Counted from the stretch's first letter, positions 50,223-60,775 are shown. The stretch: DNA of 64,000 bases from an uncultured Acidobacteriota bacterium (GCA_963809485.1 CAWEJX010000020.1:800001-864000), one strand, 5' to 3'. A program made the numbers and translations. The notes: generated by a model not told the origin, from the sequence alone.

Positions 50223-50538
50223 ACTTCAATCTCCCGGCCGGTTTTTTGCCTAAACCTCCGGCACTTCGGCTTTTTGGAATGGCGAGAGCAAGATACCCAG
50301 CTTCAAGGACTACCATCCCACCAAATACGGCGGATGTCAACGGTTGAAAAGCCCGTTGATTGAGAACCGGATGCCGCGGTAGATTTTCTCCGTTTATGCC
50401 GTAGAGAATTCCCTGCAGCCTTTTTCGTAGCGGACGTTGCACGGGCATTCTGGTATAAATACCCGCACGATTCGGGCTGCGGAAATGGCCCCGGGATCCG
50501 GTGTTTGAATACACGGATCCAAGAACGCAGGAGTAGGG

Positions 50539-51558
50539 ATGGACAGTCAGTTGATCGTTGTATTCATCGTGATCGTCGTTGCGCTCTTATTTGATTTCCT
50601 CAATGGTTTTCACGATGCCGCGAACTCAATCGCCACGGTAGTGTCAACCAGAGTCCTGTCGCCCCGCGCCGCGGTATTGCTGGCGGCCGTGTGCAACTTC
50701 AGTGCGGCTTTTTTCCTGGAAACGAAGGTTGCGGCCACGATTGGCCATGACATCGTTCATCCACAGTTTCTGGATCCCTATATGGTCATGTTCGGCCTGT
50801 TTGGGGCGATAATATGGGACCTGATAACCTGGTGGTTCGGATTGCCGACCAGTTCCTCGCATGCGCTTGTGGGAGGCTTCGGGGGAGCGGCTGTAGCCAA
50901 AGCGGGGTGGATTGCACTGAAGCCCGCAGGATTCCTTAAGATCGTCCCGTTTATCGTGATAGCGCCCATCATCGGCGTCATATTGGGCCGCCTGATGATG
51001 ATGCTGATGAACTACCTCTTTCGCGGTTCCTCGCCGAGGAAAGTGGATAAGTTGTTTCGCAGAGGCCAGCTTGTTTCAGCCTCCATTTTCAGCTTCAGCC
51101 ATGGCATGAACGATGCGCAGAAAACTATGGGCATTATCCTGGCTCTTCTGATTTCTGCCAATCTGGCGTCCGCGACTTCCCCGGACGGCAGAGCCCATAT
51201 CCCTCTTTGGGTGATCTTCGCCTGCAATACCGCCATGGGTTTGGGAACCTATTTCGGAGGCTGGAGAATTGTCAAAACTCTGGGAATGCGGCTTACCAAG
51301 CTGCTGCCGGTGGGCGGATTCTGCGCCGAAACCGGAGGGGGTGTCACAATCGTGTTCCTTTCCCTGCTCGGGATTCCTCTGAGCACGACGCACACGATCA
51401 CGGGCGCAATCATCGGAGTCGGCTCGGTCCAGCGAATGTCGGCCGTGCGATGGGGAGTTGCCCGAAATATTCTCTGGGCCTGGGTTCTCACGATTCCATG
51501 CTCCGCCCTGATCGGAGCTTTGCTCGAGTTCCTGGCGCGCCCCTTTCTCCCGAAATAA
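50539..51558 (+). CDS. pit: Inorganic phosphate transporter (PiT family)
   Basis: NGFHDAANSIAT, PTSSSHAL, HGMNDAQKTMG, PLSTTH. Confidence 0.93.
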   Translation: MDSQLIVVFIVIVVALLFDFLNGFHDAANSIATVVSTRVLSPRAAVLLAAVCNFSAAFFLETKVAATIGHDIVHPQFLDPYMVMFGLFGAIIWDLITWWFGLPTSSSHALVGGFGGAAVAKAGWIALKPAGFLKIVPFIVIAPIIGVILGRLMMMLMNYLFRGSSPRKVDKLFRRGQLVSASIFSFSHGMNDAQKTMGIILALLISANLASATSPDGRAHIPLWVIFACNTAMGLGTYFGGWRIVKTLGMRLTKLLPVGGFCAETGGGVTIVFLSLLGIPLSTTHTITGAIIGVGSVQRMSAVRWGVARNILWAWVLTIPCSALIGALLEFLARPFLPK

Positions 51559-51589
51559 ACGGGCGTTCGAGAATCGCGGATTGCGCGGC

Positions 51590-52819
51590 TTATTGTCCTA
51601 GCTTGCCCATAAGTCGATTCAGACGATGCTGGAAGCTCGAATGCCAATGCAGGTAGGGACGCTGGCTGATGGAGCCGGAATGGAATGCTTCCTGGAGTTG
51701 AACCAGCCCCTCCCGGGTCAGGGACGCCGCTTTCTGAGGCAGGCGGGCGTAGTGTTCATAGTAGATGGCCAGCTGTTCATAGGCCTTGAGGCCTTCAGCG
51801 GAATTGTCGAGCAGCCGTTCCCATTGAGCGTTCGATAGCTCAAAATCCCGGTCGCGCTTGGCCAGAAACGCCAGTTCTCTGCGGGCGACTCGTTCAGCCT
51901 CTTTCGGCAGTCCGCCGTCGAGAGCTTTCCGGTACATCTGTCCGGCCAGGCGCTGCTCTCCGCGCCGGTGCAACAGCCGAGAAATTCCGAAGAGTTCTTC
52001 GGCGCACGCCTCGCATTTCTCCGGTTCCGCGAGAATTCGCGTGATATGCAGAGCAAGCGATGCCAGGCCGCATAGATCCATTTGGTTGTGGCGGAACACT
52101 TCCGCCATCTCCTCCGGCGGGCTTCCGCGGAGGAAATCGAAGTACATTTGCGGGATCGTTTCGGAAGGGATGTCCCGCCCGCGATCCAGCTGCAAGACCT
52201 GGCGCTCCAGTTCGGAAAGAGCGACGGACTTGAGGCGCAGGCGCCAGAGCTGGCGCGCCGGATGGAGAAAATCCAGGTGCGCCGCAGGCGCCTGGACAGG
52301 TCCCAGCCTTCTCATCTGAAAACGGGTCTGCATCAGTGGCCAGTCGAAACTCTTCCCGTTGAACGTCACCAGCACAGTTCCCTGCGCGAATCGATCCAGG
52401 AGGGCAAAAAGCATGGAAGGCTCTTCGCCGTGATCCCTCATGAAATACTGCTGAATCACGAAACTGTCTTCTTCCCACCAGGCCAGCCCGACCAGGAAAG
52501 CATACGTGCCGGTGCCGCCGGCCAGCCCGGTCGTCTCGGTATCCAGGAACAGCCACTGATAAGGATCCCCTATATACTCTGCCGGACAGGAAGCGATAAG
52601 CCGGAGCGCCCGGGAATCCATGGCTCCGGGCAGCGGCCGGGGAAACCGTCGGCGCACGATCATATGCGCGCCCAGCCGGTTGAAACAAGTTTCGCCACCG
52701 AGCAGCTGCAACAGTCTTTCCGAATTTGCAGAGGATTCCGCGACCTGGCGCTTTTTGAGGGTCCGGGCATCCGGCCGGAGCGCCGCCACGCGGGATAGCC
52801 TGTCCGCAAAGGTATCCAT
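51590..52819 (-). CDS. RNase H-like (DEDD) exonuclease with TPR-like C-terminus, YprB/MrfB-like
   Basis: FLDTETTGL, TFNGKSFD, HNQMDL, LAIYYEH. Confidence 0.85.
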   Translation of the reverse strand: MDTFADRLSRVAALRPDARTLKKRQVAESSANSERLLQLLGGETCFNRLGAHMIVRRRFPRPLPGAMDSRALRLIASCPAEYIGDPYQWLFLDTETTGLAGGTGTYAFLVGLAWWEEDSFVIQQYFMRDHGEEPSMLFALLDRFAQGTVLVTFNGKSFDWPLMQTRFQMRRLGPVQAPAAHLDFLHPARQLWRLRLKSVALSELERQVLQLDRGRDIPSETIPQMYFDFLRGSPPEEMAEVFRHNQMDLCGLASLALHITRILAEPEKCEACAEELFGISRLLHRRGEQRLAGQMYRKALDGGLPKEAERVARRELAFLAKRDRDFELSNAQWERLLDNSAEGLKAYEQLAIYYEHYARLPQKAASLTREGLVQLQEAFHSGSISQRPYLHWHSSFQHRLNRLMGKLGQ

Positions 52820-52821
52820 TT

Positions 52822-55209
52822 TTAAATCCCGAATCTCGAATCCCGAATCGACAATCTGTCGAGAATTGCCAGCGCAACTTCCTTTGCGCGATCGCCGGTT
52901 TCACCCGCCGGCCCCACACAGGACGGGCAACCCTTCTCGCATGCGCAGCCCGCAATCAGCTCCCGAGTCCGGGCGATCAGCAGGTCGTGGAGATGGAACA
53001 ACGGTTCGCTTAGCCCGATACCGCCGGGGTAGGCATCGTATAAATACAGCGCAGGCTGGAAGAACGGCTCTCTCTCCGGAGCAGATTCGAGCCGCCGCTC
53101 CTCTGGTGCCGACACCAGGTCCGGCGCTCCCTCCCCGATGGTCGCTCCCAAATCCATGCGGTCGCACATCAGCAGCAGGCTTGCGACGGATTCCAGAGCA
53201 TACAGCAGGCCGAACAGTCCGTCCTGCCGCTCCGATATCGTGAAGGGGAGCTCGTCGAGCAACAAGCGTTCAAGCGTTACCCAGTAAGCGGTTGTGTGCA
53301 TTTCGTTCTCAGGTAGCTCGAGCTTCCCGGAACCCACATTTTCAAGCGTATAAAATTTGATCTTTTTGAATCCCACCACTTGGGAACGGACCTGCACGTC
53401 ACCGTGCGACCTGGACGCCGGCCCTTGAACGGCTTCCGTTTCTTCCACCTCGAGTCTCTGAACCTGAGTGTAACGGATTGCCTGAGTGAAATAGTCCACG
53501 TCGACCCTTTTAACATAGGCCTTGCGCTGGTCGAAGTCGAGGCGCTCGACATGGTACTGCTGGGCCCCGTGCATATAGATCGCCTTGGGATGCACGGTTG
53601 AAAGCGCACTCGAGAAATCGACCTCGCCGATGACCTCGGGTTCGCCCGTTTCATCGACAATGACAAAATTGTCGGATGAAACGGACCTCAGGCTGACGGT
53701 ATCCGCGGGATAGGCCTCCTGGGTCCAGTACCAGAAGTCCCCACTCCGATGCAGGTACCCGGCTTCTGCCAGCCTCTCACACAACAGCGGCAGATCCACT
53801 GCCCCGAAGCTTTCACCAGGCTCAATCGGGAGTTCGAACGCGGCGCATTTCAGGTGATTCACGAGTATCTCCAGATTGTCCGGCTGTATGTAGGCGTGTT
53901 CGGGAGACCCGGTGAAGAAATATTCCGGGTGCTTGACGACAAACTGATCGAGCGGCCGCGAGGAAGCCACGAAAACGGCGCACGAGCTTCCTTTCCTCCT
54001 TCCCGCCCTCCCCGCGCGCTGCCAGGTTGAGGCGATCGTACCCGGATAGCCCGCCATGATCGCCACGTCCAGAGAACCTATGTCGATGCCGAGCTCGAGA
54101 GCGTTGGTCGCCACCACGGCCCGTATTTGCCCGCTCCGCAGGCCGCGCTCGATCTCACGCCTTTCAAGCGGAAGATAGCCCCCCCGATAGCCCTTTACAA
54201 TCTCCGGCGCGCCGGGCGGCACAGGATTATCCTTTTTGAGATAGGTGAGGAGCACCTCCGTATGAAGACGGCTGTTGGCGAAAACGATGGCCTGGAGGCC
54301 GCGTTGCAGGAAGCCCCGGGCGATGCGCCAGGTTTCATTGATATAGCTGCGGCGAATTCCCAAAAACCGGTTCACCACCGGCGGATTGTAAAAGATGAAG
54401 TATTTTTCTGCGGAAGGCGCCCCATTGCCGTCCAGGACCTCAACATTGCCTCCGATAAGTCGGCCTGCCAGCTCTCCCGGATTGGCAATGGTAGCGGAGG
54501 AAAAAACAAACTGAGGGTTCCGGCCGTAAAACCGTGTAATGCGCTTGAGCCTGCGCAACACGTTGGCCAGGTGACTGCCGAAAACTCCGCGGTAGGTGTG
54601 GAGTTCATCGATGACGATGTACTGCAGGTTCTCGAAAAGACGCGTCCATTTCGTATGGTGCGGCAGGATGCCGCTGTGAAGCATGTCTGGGTTGGTGAGG
54701 ACGATATGTCCCTGCTGGCGGATGGATTGCCGCGCATCGGAAGGAGTATCGCCGTCATAGGTGAAAACGCCGAATTTGTCTCCCAGTTTTCTGTCCAGAT
54801 CCTCCAACTCGGCCAGCTGGTCCTGGGCCAGCGCTTTGGTGGGATAGATGTACAGCGCGCGCGTGTCCGGATTTTCGAGGATCGCGTTCAATACCGGGAG
54901 GTTGTAGCAGAGCGTTTTCCCGGATGCCGTCGGCGTGACGACCACGACGTTTTCCCCGCGGCGCACCTTCTCCGCAGCTTCGGCCTGATGCGAATAGAGC
55001 CGCTCGATGCCCTTGGCTCGATACGCCTGCGCCAGTTCGGGAAGCACCCAATCCGGCATAGGCGCCCACTGAGCCTCCTTCGCAGGAAAGCGCTGGACAG
55101 AGGTTACGACCTCGTTGGCCCCATCGTTGGGCGCCAGTTCCTGGATGATTTCATGGACTTCGATTAGGGCTGTGCTGCCCTGAGCCGGATGAGCGGGCAT
55201 ATTGTTCAC
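52822..55209 (-). CDS. DEAH-box helicase with DUF1998 zinc domain, YprA/MrfA (Hrq1-like)
   Basis: TPTASGKT, PTKALAQDQ, DELH, QRAGRAGR, YDAYPGGIG, CACEKGCPSC. Confidence 0.9.
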   Translation of the reverse strand: MNNMPAHPAQGSTALIEVHEIIQELAPNDGANEVVTSVQRFPAKEAQWAPMPDWVLPELAQAYRAKGIERLYSHQAEAAEKVRRGENVVVVTPTASGKTLCYNLPVLNAILENPDTRALYIYPTKALAQDQLAELEDLDRKLGDKFGVFTYDGDTPSDARQSIRQQGHIVLTNPDMLHSGILPHHTKWTRLFENLQYIVIDELHTYRGVFGSHLANVLRRLKRITRFYGRNPQFVFSSATIANPGELAGRLIGGNVEVLDGNGAPSAEKYFIFYNPPVVNRFLGIRRSYINETWRIARGFLQRGLQAIVFANSRLHTEVLLTYLKKDNPVPPGAPEIVKGYRGGYLPLERREIERGLRSGQIRAVVATNALELGIDIGSLDVAIMAGYPGTIASTWQRAGRAGRRKGSSCAVFVASSRPLDQFVVKHPEYFFTGSPEHAYIQPDNLEILVNHLKCAAFELPIEPGESFGAVDLPLLCERLAEAGYLHRSGDFWYWTQEAYPADTVSLRSVSSDNFVIVDETGEPEVIGEVDFSSALSTVHPKAIYMHGAQQYHVERLDFDQRKAYVKRVDVDYFTQAIRYTQVQRLEVEETEAVQGPASRSHGDVQVRSQVVGFKKIKFYTLENVGSGKLELPENEMHTTAYWVTLERLLLDELPFTISERQDGLFGLLYALESVASLLLMCDRMDLGATIGEGAPDLVSAPEERRLESAPEREPFFQPALYLYDAYPGGIGLSEPLFHLHDLLIARTRELIAGCACEKGCPSCVGPAGETGDRAKEVALAILDRLSIRDSRFGI

Positions 55210-55375
55210 CTTTTATTCACCATGCGGCCAGTGTAGCATGAAGGCCCGGTTGGAGCAAAAGCAATTGCGAATCGGTATTTGAGAATCGTCCATGGGATGA
55301 GGCTGCGGCCCGCGGCTGTGCTTTTTCTAAGTTATTGATATTTTAGGGGATAGATAAGCAGTTCCCTATCACTCG

Positions 55376-55525
55376 AGCGCTCCGCGTTTGTCGGCTTTTG
55401 CTCGCCGACCCTCGCCGAACAAATCGTTTGTCAGCGCTTTTATCAGCGTTTTTCAGCGTTTCAAAATACGGCGCTGTCAAACTCTTTGAGTCCCCGGCAG
55501 AGCCGCGGGTTTACCAATGTAATTA
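55376..55525 (-). mobile_element. Non-autonomous IS200/IS605-like element, partial copy
   Basis: tcggcttttgctcgccgaccctcgccgaacaaatcg...gtcaaactctttgagtccccggcagagccgcgggtttaccaatgtaatta. Confidence 0.72.
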
Positions 55526-55531
55526 GCAGTA

Positions 55532-56032
55532 TCAGGCGAGCTGGCGCAGGATGGAGGGGGTGAGAAGAGAAACCAGAATGCCTTTGGGTACGCCGCGAGT
55601 GCTTTCCAGATCCAGGACGCAAACGCCGCCTTTTTTAAGCTCGATGTAACAGTCAGCCGATCCCCAGGCGATTTCACCGGCTATCTCCCCCAGGGAAGGC
55701 TGATGGCCGACGATCATCAGGCTTTCCAGCTTCTTTTCATACTGGCTGACCTCGCGATAGAGTTCCTGACGGGTGCCGGAAGGGGCGAGCGAGGAAACCG
55801 TTTTCAGCGGGATTTTTGCTCCCAGGATTTCGAGCAATATTTCCGCAGTCTGGCTGGCACGGGGCAAGGGGCTGCTCAGTATGATTCCGGGGATATACCC
55901 CAGTTTGCGCATCCCGGCGGCGGCCTGCCGCATTTTGGCAACGCCCTCTTCGGTGAGCACGCGCTCGTCGTCAGTGAATCCGGGCGTACCGTGCGCAAAG
56001 GCTATCCCATGCCGCACAATATAGAGAATCAT
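55532..56032 (-). CDS. sixA: Phosphohistidine phosphatase
   Basis: RHG, LTEEG, SSPLPRASQTA, VGHQP. Confidence 0.9.
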   Translation of the reverse strand: MILYIVRHGIAFAHGTPGFTDDERVLTEEGVAKMRQAAAGMRKLGYIPGIILSSPLPRASQTAEILLEILGAKIPLKTVSSLAPSGTRQELYREVSQYEKKLESLMIVGHQPSLGEIAGEIAWGSADCYIELKKGGVCVLDLESTRGVPKGILVSLLTPSILRQLA

Positions 56033-56098
56033 TGCAGCTTTCCCCTATTAATGTACTTCACAAAGGATATACTATCCGGAAGGAAATCATTAAAAAAA

Positions 56099-57652
56099 AT
56101 GACTGCGTCAAACAACCTTCTGATGGCTGCCATTGATATCGGATCCAGCGCAATTCGCATGGATGTTGCGGAGATGGGTCCTGACGGTGTGATACGGATA
56201 CTGGAGTCCCTGAAAAAGGGGGTACAGCTCGGCCGGGATGCTTTCACCGAAGGCCACCTGAAACAGGAAACGATGCGGGCGGCCTGCGATGTTTTGCGCG
56301 ATTTCAAAAAGGTGATGGACACCTACGGCGTAATGCGTTACCGGGCGGTGGCGACGAGCGCTGTGCGGGAATCCAGCAACAGCGAGACATTCCTGGACCG
56401 TCTGCTGATGAGCACCGGTCTGGATGTCGAAGTCATCGACGGTCCTGAGGAAAACCGCATCACGCTTTCAGCGGTCATGGACTCCCTGCGCGGCGAATCC
56501 GATCCGGGCAGGGCGAAAAGCATCCTGGTAGAAGTCGGGGGCGGGAGCACCGATGTCGCCCTGCTCGTTGGGGGAGAACTGCAGCAGGCGGGTACGTTCC
56601 CGCTGGGGTCCATCCGCCTGCGGGCTCAGGTTAGTCTGGGATCGGCGAAACATGATCAACAGGTCCGCATATTGAAACGCCAGATTGCCGGCTTTATGGC
56701 CAACATCAAGCGTGAAATTGATCTCAAGGAAGCCGCCCATTGCATCACGCTGGGCGGCGATGTCCGCTTCGCGGCAAGAGTTTTGAACGATCCCGGCTCA
56801 AACAGAAGGCTCTCCATCATTCCCACAGAAAAGTTTGCCGAATTTGTGGATTCTCTGTCGCGGCTGAATGTCGACACGCTGGTGCAAAAATACTCCATTT
56901 CTTACCTCGATGCGGAAACGCTGGCGCCTGCGCTCCTCACGTACCTGCAGATTCTCAAGGAAACACAGGCCCGAGACATTATCGTAAGCGACGCGAGTAT
57001 CCGCGCAGGCATTCTGCAGGATCTGGCCCCCGCGGAGCAGGGGAACCGGCTCAAGAAGCTGGCCGTTCAGATCCTGTCGGCAGCTCGCAGCCTCGGACGC
57101 AAGTATCACTATGATGAAGGACATGCCGAGCGCGTCCGGGAGCTTTCGGTGCGCCTCTTCGATGAGCTGAAAACCGAGCAACGATTGACCGACACGCACC
57201 GTTTATACCTTGAGGTCGCGGCGGTGCTTCACGACATCGGATTATTCATAGGTTCGCGCAGCCATCACAAGCACAGCTACTACCTGATTTCCTCGTCGCA
57301 ACTCTTCGGCCTGCGCAAGTCCGAGCTGGAGTTGATCGCAAACATCGCCCGTTATCACCGGCGGGCGCTGCCGCAGCGTTCGCACACGCCGTTTGTTGCC
57401 CTGGACCGCGACGAGAGAATGATCGTGTCCAAACTTGGAGCCATTCTCCGGGTTGCCAACGCCCTCGACAAGGATCAGATGCAGAAAGTCATGGACCTGA
57501 AAATCAGCCGCGATGGGGACCAGATCATCCTGAGCGCCCCGAATGTTTCCGACCTGGCCATGGGAAGAATCGCGCTTGCCAGCCGGAGCGATTTTTTCAC
57601 GGAGATTTTCGGGAAGAAAATAATTTTGAGAGAGGCACCCGAAGCCCAATGA
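56099..57652 (+). CDS. ppx: Exopolyphosphatase Ppx/GppA with HD domain
   Basis: AIDIGSSAIR, ATSAVRE, EVGGGST, LHDIG, ARYHR. Confidence 0.9.
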   Translation: MTASNNLLMAAIDIGSSAIRMDVAEMGPDGVIRILESLKKGVQLGRDAFTEGHLKQETMRAACDVLRDFKKVMDTYGVMRYRAVATSAVRESSNSETFLDRLLMSTGLDVEVIDGPEENRITLSAVMDSLRGESDPGRAKSILVEVGGGSTDVALLVGGELQQAGTFPLGSIRLRAQVSLGSAKHDQQVRILKRQIAGFMANIKREIDLKEAAHCITLGGDVRFAARVLNDPGSNRRLSIIPTEKFAEFVDSLSRLNVDTLVQKYSISYLDAETLAPALLTYLQILKETQARDIIVSDASIRAGILQDLAPAEQGNRLKKLAVQILSAARSLGRKYHYDEGHAERVRELSVRLFDELKTEQRLTDTHRLYLEVAAVLHDIGLFIGSRSHHKHSYYLISSSQLFGLRKSELELIANIARYHRRALPQRSHTPFVALDRDERMIVSKLGAILRVANALDKDQMQKVMDLKISRDGDQIILSAPNVSDLAMGRIALASRSDFFTEIFGKKIILREAPEAQ

Positions 57653-59751
57653 CCACACGGCGGCCGGCCGCTTTTCTGAACCGGGAAACAAGTTGGCTGG
57701 ACTTCAACCTGCGCGTTTTGGAGGAAGCGCAGGATCCCCGGAATCCGCTTCTGGAGCGATTGCGATTCTACTGCATATTTCACTCCAACCTGGATGAGTT
57801 CTTCATGGTCCGGGTAGCCTCCCTGCGGGGATTGCTGGAGCAGGGCGACAACAATCCGGATCCTTCGGGGCTCACGCCCCGCCAGCAGCTTGACCTGATA
57901 TTCACCCGCGTCCGCGAAATGTACGAATCAAGCTATCTTCTCTATTCCGGGGAATTGATCCCGGCCCTTGCCAAGGAAAAAATCCGGATCCTCCAGCCGG
58001 ACCAGCTCAAACCGGCCCAGGAAAAATTCATTGACGAATACTTCGAGCGGGAGATTTACCCGGTTTTGACCCCTATCGCCGTCGACGAGTCGCACCCGTT
58101 CCCTTGGCTGCCCGGACTGACCTTCAACCTGGCGGTTTTGCTGCAATCGGGCAAGGAAGAGGTCCCGCGCATGGCCGTGGTACAGGTGCCCGGCCGGCTC
58201 CCCGGAATATTCCGGCTCCCGGACAGCGACACGCTGGAGATGTGCTGGCTGAATGATGCGGTCCGAAGACGAATGTCCAGCCTGTTCCCCGGCTATCAGC
58301 TGCTCGAGATCGCAGGGTTCCGCCTGGCGCGCGATTCCGAGCTCGACCTCGGCGACGAGGATCGCTACGACTATGTAGGGATGCTGGAGACCGGGCTCAA
58401 GAAACGCAGGAGCGCAAAGCCGATCCGCCTGGAGCACGAGGCGATGTCTCCGGAGCTCCTGTCGAGGATTCAGCAGGCCCTGGAAGTCCCGGGCCCGGAA
58501 TTGTTCCCCGTCCGGGGCCCCCTGGATCCGCGGCCTCTGCTGTCGCTCGTGGACATGCCGGGCTACGAGCATTTGCGCTACCGGCCTCAACCCCCCCTGA
58601 TACCGCCGGAATTCGATCCCGAGCGCGGCATTTTTGAAGTGCTCAGGGAAAGGGATATTCTGTTGCACCATCCCTATGACTCCATCGATCCCGTAGTACG
58701 TTTTGTTGAAGCGGCGGCCGAAGACCCGGATGTCCTCGCTATCAAGCAGACGCTTTATCGGACCAGCGGCAAGGAATCTCCGGTGGTACAATCTCTGATC
58801 CGCGCGGCTGAAAGCGGCAAACAGGTTACGGTGCTGGTTGAACTCACCGCCCGGTTCGACGAGGAGCGCAATATCGGCTGGGCCAGAGATCTGGAGGAAG
58901 CCGGCGCCCATGTTTTATACGGCCTGGCCGGCTTGAAGGTGCATGCCAAAATTACGCTGGTTGTGCGCCGCGAGTCATCGGGAATATGCAGATATGTGCA
59001 TCTGGGAACAGGCAACTATAATGAGCGGACGGCCCGGCTGTATACGGATATGGGACTGCTGACCTCGGCGGATGACTTCGGCAGCGATGCCTCGGCCTTT
59101 TTCAACACGATTACGGGGTACTCGGAACCTCCTCAGTTCAGCCGCCTGGTCATGGCGCCGACAGGGATGAGAGATAAGCTGCTGCTGCTTATCCGTAGGG
59201 AGTCCGACTGGGCGCGCACGGGCCAGAATTCGGAAATCCTTGGTAAAATGAACTCGCTGGTCGATCCGAAAATCATTCAGGAGCTATGTGCGGCCGGCAA
59301 ATCCGGAGTCAAGATTCAACTGAACGTTAGAGGGATCTGCTGCCTGCGCCCCGGCGTTCCAGGGATCAGCGATAACATACGCGTGGTTTCCATCATTGAC
59401 CGCTATCTCGAGCACAGCCGCGCCTTTGCTTTTGGCAACGGGGGGGATCCTGAGGTGTATCTGTCGAGCGCCGACTGGATGCCCAGGAACCTGGACCGCA
59501 GAGTCGAATTGATGTTTCCGATTCAGCAAGCGGACCTGAGGGAAAAGGTCCTGCGATTGCTTAGAGCTCAGATGTCCGACAATCAAAAGTCACGCATATT
59601 GAAACCGGAGGGTACCTATGAAAGATTGACTGCCGGCCGCTCGGATCCGTTTCGCGTCCAGGAACGCCTCTACCAGCAGAGTTTGGAAGAACAGGAGCGC
59701 GTCCGGGCCCTGACTCCGGTCCGCTTCATCCCGATTGAGGGCCGAGACTGA
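57649..59751 (+). CDS. ppk1: Polyphosphate kinase 1
   Basis: NRETSWLDFN.RVL, SNLDEFFMVRV, HHPY, LKVHAK, RYLEHSR, SADWMPRNL. Confidence 0.96.
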   Translation: MTTRRPAAFLNRETSWLDFNLRVLEEAQDPRNPLLERLRFYCIFHSNLDEFFMVRVASLRGLLEQGDNNPDPSGLTPRQQLDLIFTRVREMYESSYLLYSGELIPALAKEKIRILQPDQLKPAQEKFIDEYFEREIYPVLTPIAVDESHPFPWLPGLTFNLAVLLQSGKEEVPRMAVVQVPGRLPGIFRLPDSDTLEMCWLNDAVRRRMSSLFPGYQLLEIAGFRLARDSELDLGDEDRYDYVGMLETGLKKRRSAKPIRLEHEAMSPELLSRIQQALEVPGPELFPVRGPLDPRPLLSLVDMPGYEHLRYRPQPPLIPPEFDPERGIFEVLRERDILLHHPYDSIDPVVRFVEAAAEDPDVLAIKQTLYRTSGKESPVVQSLIRAAESGKQVTVLVELTARFDEERNIGWARDLEEAGAHVLYGLAGLKVHAKITLVVRRESSGICRYVHLGTGNYNERTARLYTDMGLLTSADDFGSDASAFFNTITGYSEPPQFSRLVMAPTGMRDKLLLLIRRESDWARTGQNSEILGKMNSLVDPKIIQELCAAGKSGVKIQLNVRGICCLRPGVPGISDNIRVVSIIDRYLEHSRAFAFGNGGDPEVYLSSADWMPRNLDRRVELMFPIQQADLREKVLRLLRAQMSDNQKSRILKPEGTYERLTAGRSDPFRVQERLYQQSLEEQERVRALTPVRFIPIEGRD

Positions 59752-59783
59752 TCGAATTCGAGCACTCGAAGAAAGAATAATTT

Positions 59784-60767
59784 ATGGCGAATCTCCAAGT
59801 GGTTCTGGGAGTTGACATCGGCGGCACCAACACAAAATACGGCTATGTGGACGGCGCCGGAAAATGCCTTGCGAGCGGATCGATGGCCACCCATGCGCAG
59901 GAGCCGGCAAAGGTGTTTTTCGACCGGTTGCAGCAGAGGGCCAAAGCCCTGTTCAACAGCCTGCCCGAAACGTGTGATCTGGTCGGAATAGGCGTCGGGG
60001 CGCCCAACGGGAATTACTACAAAGCCACCATCGAGAATCCTCCCAATCTCAGCTGGGAGTACGTGGATTTGCGCGCAGAGCTGGGGACATACTACGGCGT
60101 CCCGGTGGCGGCAACCAACGACGCGAACGCCGCGGCGCTGGGTGAAATGCTTTTCGGCGCCGCCAGAGGCATGAAAAATTTCATCGTCATCACGCTGGGA
60201 ACCGGGCTGGGCAGCGGCATTGTCTCGAACGGCGAGCTTGTTTACGGAGCGGATGGATTTGCGGGCGAGATCGGCCACACCATCGTCGATCCGGACGGGC
60301 GTCAGTGCGGATGCGGGAAACGGGGCTGCCTGGAAGCTTATTGCTCGGCTACCGGATTGTGCCGGACCGTTCAGGAACTCATTTGCGAGACCATGGAACC
60401 CAGCGAGCTCCGCGGCGTGAGTCCGGCGGAGTTGACCGCAAGAATGGTTTCGGAATGCGCGCTTCGCGGCGACCGGCTGGCCATCGAGGCCTTCCAGCGT
60501 TGCGGCCGCACCCTGGGTATCAAGCTGGCCGATTCCGTGGCGCACCTGAGCCCGGAAGCCATAATCCTTTTCGGCGGCATGGCCTCTGCGGGCGAGCTGA
60601 TATTCGGGCCGACCCAACGTTCGCTCGAAGAGCATCTCTTCCCCATTTTCCGGAATAAGGTAAAACTTATCCCGTCCGGGCTTGTTGAAGGAAACACTGC
60701 CATACTCGGGGCGAGCGCCCTGATCTGGAATGTGCTAAAAAATGAACTAAAACTGCTCAGGCAATAG
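59784..60767 (+). CDS. ROK family sugar kinase (glucokinase-like)
   Basis: DIGGT, NDANAAALGE, TLGTGLG, GEIGH, CGCGKRGCLE. Confidence 0.9.
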   Translation: MANLQVVLGVDIGGTNTKYGYVDGAGKCLASGSMATHAQEPAKVFFDRLQQRAKALFNSLPETCDLVGIGVGAPNGNYYKATIENPPNLSWEYVDLRAELGTYYGVPVAATNDANAAALGEMLFGAARGMKNFIVITLGTGLGSGIVSNGELVYGADGFAGEIGHTIVDPDGRQCGCGKRGCLEAYCSATGLCRTVQELICETMEPSELRGVSPAELTARMVSECALRGDRLAIEAFQRCGRTLGIKLADSVAHLSPEAIILFGGMASAGELIFGPTQRSLEEHLFPIFRNKVKLIPSGLVEGNTAILGASALIWNVLKNELKLLRQ

Positions 60768-60775
60768 GAGGAACT

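Noticed and set aside
52822-55209. DUF1998 helicase as part of a DISARM or Druantia defence system
   Set aside because: Helicase and DUF1998 are fused and paired with a YprB-like exonuclease; no methylase or other defence genes nearby, so MrfAB-like repair fits better
2453-55525. Repeats considered as a CRISPR or other repeat-spacer guide array
   Set aside because: Copies are dispersed kilobases apart, with no regular repeat-spacer periodicity and no cas-like genes
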